A DNA stretch of 25,855 bases from an uncultured Dehalococcoidia bacterium. Its GTDB lineage: Bacteria > Chloroflexota > Dehalococcoidia > Lucifugimonadales > UBA3495. The notes beneath the pieces were generated by a model, which searched no databases, was not told the origin of the DNA, and worked only from the letters and a program-made list of their open reading frames with translations. Within the stretch, counting starts at the first letter, position 1. Every line of letters starts with the position of its first letter. The position numbers were made by a program, and so were the translations under genes. The stretch spans positions 1 through 25,855 of the forward strand of contig CATMOE010000053.1 of NCBI GenBank assembly GCA_950072105.1. Direction: 5' to 3'. Positions 16,564 to 24,973 of this stretch are shown one piece after another.

Positions 16564-17865
16564 ATGAAGGTCCTTATCGTCGGCTCCGGAGCCCGGGAAC
16601 ACGCTCTAGCGTGGCGGTTGCGGCAAAGTCCCGGGTTGACCGCCTTGTGGGTTGCCTCCGGGAACGGCGGCACGGCCCAGATTGCCACCAACCTAAACGT
16701 TGCTCCCGACGACGTGGAAGCGATCCCCAAATACGCAAAGGGATTGGGAATCGATCTGGTGGTGGTGGGACCGGAGCAGCCTTTGGCCGCCGGACTGGTC
16801 GACCGGTTGGACGCCGTTGGAATCCCGGCTTTCGGCCCCACCCAAGCGGCGGCCCAGATCGAATCCAGTAAAGGTTTTGCCCTGGAGCTTATGCGGGAGG
16901 CCGGAGTGCCCTGTCCTGAGTTCAATTCCTTCCAAGATGAGACCCTGGCCTTGAGCTTTCTGGAGAAGCACTCTGAGCCGACGGTGATCAAGGCCGACGG
17001 CTTGGCTGCCGGGAAAGGCGTTTTCATGTGCCGCACCTCTGAAGAAGCGGCGTCGGCGGTACGGGCCTGCATGAGCCAACGGGTCTTTGGCGGCGCCGGG
17101 GACACCGTGGTGATCGAGGAATTTCTTGAGGGACCAGAAGTCAGCGTCTTCGCTTTTAGCGACGGAGAGCGATTGTCGCCTCCGGTGGCGGCATGCGACT
17201 ACAAACGGTTGGGTGATGGCGACGAAGGTCCCAATACCGGGGGGATGGGTAGCTTCGCTCCCCCGGACTTCTGGAATGAGGAACTGGCCGGGGAAATAAC
17301 CCGTACCATAATGGAACCGGTTATTCATGCTTTGGCCCAGCGTGGAACACCGTATCGAGGGGTCTTGTACGCCGGCCTTATGTTAACCAATCGAGGACCC
17401 AAGGTGTTGGAGTTCAACTGCCGGTTCGGGGACCCGGAATCCCAGGTGATATTGCCCCTGCTGGTGGGCGACCCGCTGGACATCATGGCCGCCTGCACAG
17501 AAGGTAAATTGGCGGACACGCCGGTGGAGTGGAGCAAGCGGAATTACGCCGGTGTCGTAATGGTTTCGGCTGGCTACCCGGAGAAGTACGAAACCGGATT
17601 CGAGATCACCGGGTTGGACGCCGATGAAAGGAATACCAATATATTCCAAGCGGCTACTCGGATAGAATCAGGGCGGGTAGTGACCAGCGGGGGGCGGGTG
17701 CTCACCGTGGTTGGCAGCGGTGAATCCTTGGCAGAGGCTCGTGACGCGGCGTATCATAGAGTCCAGACCATCGGCTTTGAAGGAGCATCTTACCGGGGGG
17801 ACATCGCTGACGTGGAGGCAAGGACAAGGCTTTGGCTACCAGATCCGGCGGCGCCGACTGGCTAG
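16564..17865 (+). CDS. purD: Phosphoribosylamine-glycine ligase
   Basis: MKVLIVGSGAREHAL, VVGPEQPL, KADGLAAGKGV, GPNTGGMG, EFNCRFGDPE. Confidence 0.97.
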   Translation: MKVLIVGSGAREHALAWRLRQSPGLTALWVASGNGGTAQIATNLNVAPDDVEAIPKYAKGLGIDLVVVGPEQPLAAGLVDRLDAVGIPAFGPTQAAAQIESSKGFALELMREAGVPCPEFNSFQDETLALSFLEKHSEPTVIKADGLAAGKGVFMCRTSEEAASAVRACMSQRVFGGAGDTVVIEEFLEGPEVSVFAFSDGERLSPPVAACDYKRLGDGDEGPNTGGMGSFAPPDFWNEELAGEITRTIMEPVIHALAQRGTPYRGVLYAGLMLTNRGPKVLEFNCRFGDPESQVILPLLVGDPLDIMAACTEGKLADTPVEWSKRNYAGVVMVSAGYPEKYETGFEITGLDADERNTNIFQAATRIESGRVVTSGGRVLTVVGSGESLAEARDAAYHRVQTIGFEGASYRGDIADVEARTRLWLPDPAAPTG

Positions 17866-18422
17866 GTTGCCGGGACGCCTATCAGAAGTCCCTCATTGAT
17901 GGACGGTTGGAGGCCTATCGAAAGCGGCGTTGGCAGCGGGCCGGCGAGTTCGCTGGGTGGCTGGACGAACAAAGTATCCCGTCTCTTACGGCGGACCAAG
18001 CTCAGGCAATCTATCGAGCATCGGGTGGCAGGCATACGCGGGAATTCAAAGCCGTCCCGATGGAGGAAATGCGGGATTCCCTGGATTTCCTTCTCTACGA
18101 TACCTTGGGTCTGGAAAAAAGGTTTGATGAATCGGCGTCAGCCGTCGGGGCCTACAATCTGGCCGGTTCCGGAAAGGAGTTCGTCTCCTACATCCTGTGC
18201 GTGCGGGACCCCGGGCTGTTCGCTTTTTGGAGTTCTCATGGGGAGCGTGCCTTGCGTAAGCTCGGCGTCTACCCTAAAGATCTCCGGAAGGGAAACTTAG
18301 GGTTGGGTTACATGGACCTTTTGGAAGCCATGAATGTGGTGCGTGGCCGATTGGGACTAGCCGATTTCCAAGCCGTGGACGAGTTTGTTTACTCGGTGAC
18401 CCAAAATTCAACTGGCATTTGA
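17832..18422 (+). CDS. Hypothetical protein, possible HhH-like helical domain
   Basis: 196-aa ORF filling the space after purD on the same strand; LAGSGKEFVSYIL...FAFWSSHGERALRKLG pattern. Start uncertain. Confidence 0.7.
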   Translation: MATRSGGADWLGCRDAYQKSLIDGRLEAYRKRRWQRAGEFAGWLDEQSIPSLTADQAQAIYRASGGRHTREFKAVPMEEMRDSLDFLLYDTLGLEKRFDESASAVGAYNLAGSGKEFVSYILCVRDPGLFAFWSSHGERALRKLGVYPKDLRKGNLGLGYMDLLEAMNVVRGRLGLADFQAVDEFVYSVTQNSTGI

Positions 18423-18428
18423 TGGAGT

Positions 18429-18884
18429 GTGAAAATGGCGTGGCTGGATTCCCTGTCAGAGTTAAAGGAAGAATTGGCCGGCGTTCGTGCGGAACGGTTG
18501 AGTCAGACCTCAGTTGATGAAGCTGAGATTCAGGAAGAGCGGGACGAGTTGTCCCGGTTGGCCGAGTCTTTGGCAGTTTCCGATCTTTTGGCCGAAATGA
18601 ATGCCACGTTGTTGGATGGGCAAGGGTCGGTCGAGAAGATAGTTTCGTGGGAGATAGACGAGGAAGATGACGGTGACCAAGGTGGAGACCCTGAAGAAGA
18701 AGATGCCGATGTGATCGCCTTGATTCTCACTTGGGAAGAAAGAGGTGAGCGGGAACTGGCCATCGACCTGGGGGTGACCGATGACGGCATATATGTGCAG
18801 GTCAACGGGATCGAAGTTCGGGCCGAGCGGGAGGCCCTGGAACCGGCGCTATTGCAGGCGTTCCGTGGGGAGTTGGAGCTATAA
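18429..18884 (+). CDS. Hypothetical acidic protein with N-terminal coiled coil
   Basis: 151-aa ORF, very D/E rich, GGAG upstream, tightly packed between its neighbours. Confidence 0.75.
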   Translation: MKMAWLDSLSELKEELAGVRAERLSQTSVDEAEIQEERDELSRLAESLAVSDLLAEMNATLLDGQGSVEKIVSWEIDEEDDGDQGGDPEEEDADVIALILTWEERGERELAIDLGVTDDGIYVQVNGIEVRAEREALEPALLQAFRGELEL

Positions 18885-18929
18885 CGTGGCAGCGCTTGGG
18901 CTGACTACTAGGTTTCAAAGGAGGCTATC

Positions 18930-19388
18930 TTGCCGTTAGTCGGTGTTGTCATGGGGAGCTCCAGCGACGAGCCGGTGGTCCAGGAGACAGTGAAGGTCCT
19001 GGAGCAGTTGGAAATAGACTATGAAGTGCGGGTTATGTCGGCCCACCGAACCCCCGAACGGGTTCAGGAATACGCCACCACCGCCCGGGACCGGGGGATA
19101 GAGGTCCTGATCTCCGCGGCCGGAGGATCGGCGGCATTGGGGGGCGTTCTGGCGTCCTGGACGACTATCCCGGTTATCGGCATCCCGCTTGCTTCCAGTG
19201 AATTAAAGGGAATGGACGCTCTGCTGGCCACCGCCCAGATGCCGCCGGGAATACCGGTGGCTTGCATGGCCGTGGGAGTCTGGGGGGCTCGCAACGCCGC
19301 CTTTTTCGCGGCCGAGATCCTGGGGCTGAAGTATGATGAGATCAGGCAGGCATATGAAAAGTACCGCCGGGGACTCCGTGAACAGTAA
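18930..19388 (+). CDS. purE: N5-CAIR mutase / AIR carboxylase
   Basis: VMGSSSD, SAHRTP, PVIGIP, QMPPGIPVA, ARNAA; AAGGAGG RBS before the TTG. Confidence 0.95.
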   Translation: MPLVGVVMGSSSDEPVVQETVKVLEQLEIDYEVRVMSAHRTPERVQEYATTARDRGIEVLISAAGGSAALGGVLASWTTIPVIGIPLASSELKGMDALLATAQMPPGIPVACMAVGVWGARNAAFFAAEILGLKYDEIRQAYEKYRRGLREQ

Positions 19389-20094
19389 TCCCCGGCTGGC
19401 CGTGCTAACCGATTTTGACGACACCGCCGCCGTCCAAAACGTGGCGGAGATGCTCCTTACCAAGTTCGGCGACCCTACCTGGCAGGACGTGCGACGGCGA
19501 TTCCGGGAAGGGGAGTTTACTCTCAATCAGTACCAGGAGATCACCTTCCGCAACATCCAGGCCGACCGGGCAACCATGCAGAGTTATGTGAAGCAAAACG
19601 CCAGCCTTCGTCCCTACTTCAAGGATATGTGGCGCTATTGTCAGGACCGGCAGGTCCCGCTGGCCGTGGTTAGCCAAGGGTTGGATTTTTATATCGAAGC
19701 GTTATTGGAGAAGGAAGGCTGTGGCTCTGTACCGGTCCATGCCGTAAACACCTGGTTCGATGCACAGGGAATAAATTACGAGTACCGGTACGCCGTTCCA
19801 GGGAAAGAGGAACTGGGCAATTCTAAGGGCGTGGTGGTGGACAGCTACCGGAACCAAGGACACTACGTCGTCTATGTCGGTGACGGAATGTCGGACTTTG
19901 AAGCCGCGGCCAGAGCCGATCTGGTATTTGCCCACCGGGTACTGGCGGACGAATGCGAAAGAAAAGAGATCCCGTTCCGTCCATTCACCGACTTCTGCGG
20001 CGTACTCGAGGCGGTTAAAGAGTTAACCGGTGGGCTGGCCCGGAACGGAGTTGGTCCTTTGACTGAACATGGTGATGTTGAGGAGGCTCGATAG
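19378..20094 (+). CDS. HAD-IB phosphatase, MtnX-like
   Basis: Motif I TDFDDT, VVSQG, NSKG, motif IV GDGMSD. The GTG at 19378 overlaps the purE end and the stop overlaps the purB start. Confidence 0.85.
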   Translation: MNSNPRLAVLTDFDDTAAVQNVAEMLLTKFGDPTWQDVRRRFREGEFTLNQYQEITFRNIQADRATMQSYVKQNASLRPYFKDMWRYCQDRQVPLAVVSQGLDFYIEALLEKEGCGSVPVHAVNTWFDAQGINYEYRYAVPGKEELGNSKGVVVDSYRNQGHYVVYVGDGMSDFEAAARADLVFAHRVLADECERKEIPFRPFTDFCGVLEAVKELTGGLARNGVGPLTEHGDVEEAR

Positions 20095-21404
20095 TGATCG
20101 ACCGGTATTCACGGCCAGCGATGAAGCGTGTCTGGTCTGACGAAAATAAGGCCGAGCTTTGGCTGAAGGTTGAACTGGCGGTATGCGAGGCTTGGACCCA
20201 GGAAGGAGTGATACCTCAGGAAGACATGGAACGCCTTCGAGGCGCTAAGTACGACCACGCCAGGATGATGGAGATTCAAGCCGTGGTGCGCCACGAAACC
20301 AACGCCTTCCTGTCATCTGTTACCGAGGGTCTCGGGCCGGAGGGACGGTGGCTCCACCTGGGGCTGACTTCGTCGGACAAGCTGGACACGGCGTTGGGTC
20401 TCCAGTTGGGCCAAGCCGGGGAACTACTGCTAGAGGACATGGACGAAGCCATAGAGGCCCTGGAAAGCCAGGCAGTCAAGCACAAAGACACGATCATGAT
20501 GGGCCGGACCCACGGCGTACATGCCGAGCCGGTGACCTTCGGCTTGAAGGCTGCGTTGTGGTGGGATGAGATGCGGCGTCAGCGCGGCCGGTTGGTGGCC
20601 GCCTTGGACGACGTTCGAGTAGGAAAGATCTCCGGCGCCGTGGGCACCCACGCCACGGTGCCTCCTTCGGTTGAAGACCGGGTTTGTCAGGAATTGGGGT
20701 TGAAGGTAGCGGCAATATCCAACCAGATCATCCAAAGGGACCGGCACGCTCACTTCATCTCCACCCTCGCCCTGATCGCGGCTTCGCTGGAGAAGATCGC
20801 CACGGAGATACGGTCGCTGCAACGAACGGAGATTCACGAGCTTGAAGAGCCATTTGACGAAGGGCAGAAAGGTTCATCTTCCATGCCCCACAAGCGCAAC
20901 CCGGAGTTGTCGGAGAGGGTCTGCGGCCTGGCTCGATTGATCCGGGGCCACAGCGTCACAGCGTTGGAAAATGTCGCTCTCTGGGGGGAACGAGACATCA
21001 GCCATTCGTCGGCGGAGCGCATCATCCTGCCCGACGCTTGTCTGGCTCTGGACTACATACTCAGCATCTTCACCCGGGTGATGCGCGACCTGCGAGTCTA
21101 TCCCCAGCGGATGTGGGAAAATATCGAAAGCAGCCGGGGGCTTATCTTCAGCCAGCGGGTGTTGCTGGAACTGGTCGACAAAGGAATGGCCCGGGAAGAC
21201 GCTTACGCCATCGTGCAGCGAAATGCCGCGGTGGGCTGGGACCAAGGGGAAGACTTCCGCCAGTTGATAAAATCCGACGAAGAGACTGCGACGTACCTTT
21301 CCGAGAAGGAACTGGACGAACTGTTCGACTACGGATATTACACGCGGTACGTAGATGAAACTTTTCAGCGATTGGGGCTTTTGCCAGCCAAGATTACTGT
21401 CTAA
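20094..21404 (+). CDS. purB: Adenylosuccinate lyase
   Basis: MIDRYSRP, HLGLTSSD, GRTHGVHAEP, GSSSMPHKRNP signature, ERDISHSS. Confidence 0.97.
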   Translation: MIDRYSRPAMKRVWSDENKAELWLKVELAVCEAWTQEGVIPQEDMERLRGAKYDHARMMEIQAVVRHETNAFLSSVTEGLGPEGRWLHLGLTSSDKLDTALGLQLGQAGELLLEDMDEAIEALESQAVKHKDTIMMGRTHGVHAEPVTFGLKAALWWDEMRRQRGRLVAALDDVRVGKISGAVGTHATVPPSVEDRVCQELGLKVAAISNQIIQRDRHAHFISTLALIAASLEKIATEIRSLQRTEIHELEEPFDEGQKGSSSMPHKRNPELSERVCGLARLIRGHSVTALENVALWGERDISHSSAERIILPDACLALDYILSIFTRVMRDLRVYPQRMWENIESSRGLIFSQRVLLELVDKGMAREDAYAIVQRNAAVGWDQGEDFRQLIKSDEETATYLSEKELDELFDYGYYTRYVDETFQRLGLLPAKITV

Positions 21405-21427
21405 GATAGAAGAAGGCACTTTGGACC

Positions 21428-21448
21428 TTTGCCGGCCTGGCCGGCAAA
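21428..21448. promoter_or_regulatory. Perfect 21-bp dyad upstream of purC
   Basis: TTTGCCGGCC-T-GGCCGGCAAA in the purB-purC intergenic region. Confidence 0.4.
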
Positions 21449-21516
21449 CATCGTAAATTCAACGTAAAGGGCAAGGGAGGGGTGAGAATGTCTCTTGGTC
21501 GAACGGGTGAAGCCGA

Positions 21517-22413
21517 ATGTTAATCGAGACCCAGCTACCTAATATTCTTCATCGTGGCAAGGTGCGGGATACCTACCGGATAAACGACGATCTTCTGCTG
21601 ATGGTTACCACCGACCGTATCTCGGCCTACGACGTGGTCCTGCCCGCGGGTATTCCCGACAAAGGCAGAGTGCTCAATAAGATCTCCGCTTTTTGGTTCG
21701 ATCAGACCAAACACATTATCCCTAACCATCTGGTAGCCTTGGCCGACGCGCCCGAAGCGCCTTCTTTGGTTGAATCAGGCAGCCTGATGGCCGATCTTCC
21801 ACCTGAAGTGGCCCGCCAGTCAATGATTGCTAAAGAGGCCGACCGTATCGACATCGAATGCGTGATCCGGGGTTATATCACCGGCTCTGCCTGGTCTGAA
21901 TACCAGCGCCATGGCACGGTGTCCGGCAAATCGATGCCCTCGGGAATGGTGGAAGGCGACCCCTTCCCGGAACCTATATTCACTCCTACCACCAAGGCTG
22001 AAGTGGGCCATGACGAGAACATGTCCGATGACGAGGTTGTCGCCATGGTCGGGGCAGATCTAGCCCGGCGCCTAGAGGACGTGAGTAAGGCGGTGTTCAA
22101 ATTCGGCCACGACTTCGCTCGAGAGAGAGGGGTTATCTTGGCTGATACCAAGATGGAATTTGGGCTTTTACATGGACAACTGATCCTCATCGACGAGCTA
22201 CTGACCCCGGATTCCAGCAGGTTTTGGGACATGGAGGGTTATGAGCCGGGGAAATCTCAACCCAGTTTTGATAAACAATTCGTGCGTGACTATCTGACGG
22301 AGCAGGGCTGGGACCGGAATCCGCCGGCTCCGGAACTTCCCGATGACATCGTAGCCAAGACCGCGGACCGGTACCTTGAAGCGTACCGACTGATTACCGG
22401 GGAGTCCCTATAG
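21517..22413 (+). CDS. purC: SAICAR synthetase
   Basis: RGKVRDTY, TDRISAYD, ECVIRGYITGS, FTPTTKA, ADTKMEFG, DELLTPDSSRFW, FDKQFVRD. Confidence 0.97.
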   Translation: MLIETQLPNILHRGKVRDTYRINDDLLLMVTTDRISAYDVVLPAGIPDKGRVLNKISAFWFDQTKHIIPNHLVALADAPEAPSLVESGSLMADLPPEVARQSMIAKEADRIDIECVIRGYITGSAWSEYQRHGTVSGKSMPSGMVEGDPFPEPIFTPTTKAEVGHDENMSDDEVVAMVGADLARRLEDVSKAVFKFGHDFARERGVILADTKMEFGLLHGQLILIDELLTPDSSRFWDMEGYEPGKSQPSFDKQFVRDYLTEQGWDRNPPAPELPDDIVAKTADRYLEAYRLITGESL

Positions 22414-22437
22414 ACAACATTAACGGAGGTCGATCCA

Positions 22438-23097
22438 GTGCCCGAATCTAAACATCGCCGCCGCCGAGGCCGTCCTGTAAGCAGAGGCCAGAGGGTGGCA
22501 GCCGTCCCCATTTCCAGGCCCCGAAAACAGAAAACGAATAAGCTGTACGTGGCGGCGTCCGTGATTATCGCAGTTTTGGTCATTGGAGGCTTCGCCGTGG
22601 GGGGTATTAACTTCCAGAGGCCACCGGATACGGGTAGCAGCAGCGGCGAATACGTGGAGGGTGTGGGCGTGCAGCAGGACCTGATGTCCACCGGCGCTGG
22701 TGGCCTCAACACTCACGTGGGCAACGACCAAACGGTAGAATACAGCACCTCACCGGCGACCTCCGGAGACCACTGGGCAACGCCTATCAGTTGCGGATTT
22801 TATGAGGATGGGTTGTCTGACGAGCGAATCGTACACAATCTGGAACACGGCAACATTGTGGTCAGTTACAACTTGGCCAGTGAAGAGGAAGTGGACCAGC
22901 TTCGGGATGCCTTGGAAAGTATCGGGAAAAACGCTATTTGGGGAGTGGCCCGCTCCTACGATAAGATACCCTCTGGGACGGTCGCTCTGGCAGCATGGGG
23001 CGTGCTCGATACCATGCAGGAAGTGGACAAAGATCGAATAAAGACGTTCTTCGATACTTACTCAGGAGCCTTGGGGCCGGAAAGGATCATCTGCTAA
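22438..23097 (+). CDS. DUF3105-domain membrane-anchored protein
   Basis: Basic N-terminus, one TM helix, PATSGDHW, VHNLEHGNIVVSY, ALAAWG; GGAGG RBS. Confidence 0.8.
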   Translation: MPESKHRRRRGRPVSRGQRVAAVPISRPRKQKTNKLYVAASVIIAVLVIGGFAVGGINFQRPPDTGSSSGEYVEGVGVQQDLMSTGAGGLNTHVGNDQTVEYSTSPATSGDHWATPISCGFYEDGLSDERIVHNLEHGNIVVSYNLASEEEVDQLRDALESIGKNAIWGVARSYDKIPSGTVALAAWGVLDTMQEVDKDRIKTFFDTYSGALGPERIIC

Positions 23098-23273
23098 TTC
23101 GGATGCAGGCGGAGTTTCAGCATCCAAGAGTCTTTATATCGTAGATCGCTGCAGTTTGTTCTATTCGCCACGGGGATCCATCTCTGTGAGCGGGAACTTG
23201 ACTAAAAAGTCCCACACAATAACGGCCAAGCTTATCCCTTCCACTGTTGGAGGAGTCTCCGGCGGCTTCACCG

Positions 23274-23315
23274 ATTCCTTCCCCCTCGACGGGCGAAGGT
23301 TAAGATTAGGGTGGC
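23274..23315. repeat. REP-like repeat, half copy of the 10402-10485 family
   Basis: 36/42 identity to 10444-10485. Confidence 0.65.
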
Positions 23316-23353
23316 GGGGACGCCGGGGTGAGTGGTCTCAAGGTAGGTAACTA

Positions 23354-23647
23354 TTGTATCTCGCCAAGGTGTACGTAACCCTGAAACCCACGGTCAACGA
23401 CCCGCAAGGGCTGACTGTGCTGGCTACATTGCGGAACCTGGGATTTGCCGCCGCCACGGACGTTCGCGTAGGAAAATATCTGGAGGTCCGTATCGACAAC
23501 CCGGACCGGTCCCAGGCGGAGGCTTTGGTCAACGAGATGTGCCGGGAACTTCTGTCTAACCCGGTGATTGAGGAATACCGCTTCGACCTGGAAGAGATGG
23601 CGCCGGAGCGATCAGCTTTCAGCGGTCAGCGATCCCCTAAAGGCTGA
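23354..23647 (+). CDS. purS: FGAM synthase subunit PurS
   Basis: VYVTLKPTVNDPQG, VRVGKYLE, MCRELLSNPVIEEY; C-terminus extended through a repeat. Confidence 0.93.
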   Translation: MYLAKVYVTLKPTVNDPQGLTVLATLRNLGFAAATDVRVGKYLEVRIDNPDRSQAEALVNEMCRELLSNPVIEEYRFDLEEMAPERSAFSGQRSPKG

Positions 23648-23660
23648 TGGCTGAAAGCTA
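23607..23660. repeat. Heptamer (nnTCAGC) palindromic repeat element overlapping the purS 3' end
   Basis: AGCTTTCAGC-GG-TCAGC (23614-23630), 12-nt loop, GCTGA-TG-GCTGAAAGCT (23643-23659). Confidence 0.7.
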
Positions 23661-23678
23661 CAAGAGGAGATGACTGTT

Positions 23679-24674
23679 ATGACAACGTCGAGCAACAACA
23701 CCTACGTCTATGTTGGGGCCGAAGCTAGTGGCCTTTACCGCTTGTCCCCTGGCTCTACACAGTGGGAAGAGCTGACCATCGGACTGCCGGTGAACCCTAT
23801 CGTGCCTGGAGTTGCGATTCATCCTGATAATCCCGAGGTGGTATATGCGGGCACCCAGGACGGTCCTTATCGCAGTACAGATCGTGGCGGCCATTGGGAG
23901 CGACTGGATTACCCCAGTTCCGGGCCACCGGTGTGGACCTTCCTTTTCCGCCCCGGGGAACCTAAAGTGATGTACTTGGGCACCGCGCCGGGAGAGATCT
24001 ACCGTAGCGTCGATGATGGGGATTCCTGGCAAAAACTGAACGCCACCATGGGCTCTAATGAGTGCAATATGTCCTTCCCCACTCGGGTCATCGCCCTTGC
24101 GGCAGACCCCAGCTATCCCGACGAGATGTACGCAGCCCTGGAGGTCGCCGGTGTTATCCGTAGCTCCGACGGTGGCGACACCTGGGACGAGATCACTGGT
24201 TCTTTGGCTCCCAGGGAGGATACGCTGGACCTGCACGGCGTTCAGTGCAGCGCCGCAACTCCTCACACGGTATACATCACTACCCGCCAAGGGCCTTTCA
24301 TCGGTCCCGACCGAGGCCGGGAATGGATACCCGTGGAGTTCGGCCAGTATTCTCCCATCACCTACACCCGTGATCTGCGGATAGCCCCCACCGACCCCAA
24401 CTCCCTGTACGTTTCAATCGGCGCGTCCGCCCGCAGTTCCCAGGGTGCTTTGTACCGCAGCCGGGACCTGTTCAAAACCTTTGAGCGTGTCGACCGGGGA
24501 GTCACCGCCGACGCTACCATGATGGCGGTATCGGTTGACCCTCGTGCGCCCAGCCACATCTATTGCATCGCCCGGGACGGCCAGGTCTTCGGAACGTTGG
24601 ACGACGGCGCCACCTGGACTACCCATCAACTGCCGGACAAAGCCAAAGAACTCCGTGGTCTGGCCGCCGGATAG
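23679..24674 (+). CDS. BNR/Asp-box beta-propeller protein (WD40/YVTN-like)
   Basis: Repeated Asp-boxes YRSTDRGGHW, YRSVDDGDSW, IRSSDGGDTW, TLDDGATW; GAGGAG 9 nt before the ATG at 23679; no signal peptide evident. Confidence 0.85.
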   Translation: MTTSSNNTYVYVGAEASGLYRLSPGSTQWEELTIGLPVNPIVPGVAIHPDNPEVVYAGTQDGPYRSTDRGGHWERLDYPSSGPPVWTFLFRPGEPKVMYLGTAPGEIYRSVDDGDSWQKLNATMGSNECNMSFPTRVIALAADPSYPDEMYAALEVAGVIRSSDGGDTWDEITGSLAPREDTLDLHGVQCSAATPHTVYITTRQGPFIGPDRGREWIPVEFGQYSPITYTRDLRIAPTDPNSLYVSIGASARSSQGALYRSRDLFKTFERVDRGVTADATMMAVSVDPRAPSHIYCIARDGQVFGTLDDGATWTTHQLPDKAKELRGLAAG

Positions 24675-24732
24675 CCGATCATCTGTAGGCGGACACCAAA
24701 TTCCACCCCGGTGAGCGCAACCCAGACGGATA

Positions 24733-24766
24733 GCCCCCCTTTCGTAAAGGGGGGTTGGGGGGATTT
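24733..24766. repeat. G/C-run palindromic REP-like element
   Basis: GCCCCCCTTT-CGT-AAAGGGGGGT hairpin followed by TGGGGGGATTT. Confidence 0.55.
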
Positions 24767-24973
24767 CCGCCCCACTCAATCTCGACTAGAAGTTGTCCCA
24801 TCCCTGGCCGCGCGCGCCGCCTGAAACCCCCTCACCAGTCCGTTTCACTCCAAACTCGCCCTCTCTCTCCTAGGTGTCCCCCACCGGCAATCGTCTACAC
24901 TAAAAGCGATTGACGCGGCTGGTGGGTTTGGGCGCAGGGTCCTGCCTGGCCGGTCCCTATGGGTGGTGTGTAG

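Noticed and set aside
16092..17105. Long antisense ORFs (also 6339-7286, 2833-3537, 25066-25569)
   Set aside because: Shadows of well-supported genes on the opposite strand, expected in GC-rich DNA.
24880..24926. Bulged hairpin upstream of the last ORF as a c-di-GMP riboswitch
   Set aside because: Pairing exists (CCCACCGGC/GCTGGTGGG, AATCG/CGATT), but the GEMM GAAA tetraloop and GCAAAG elements are missing.
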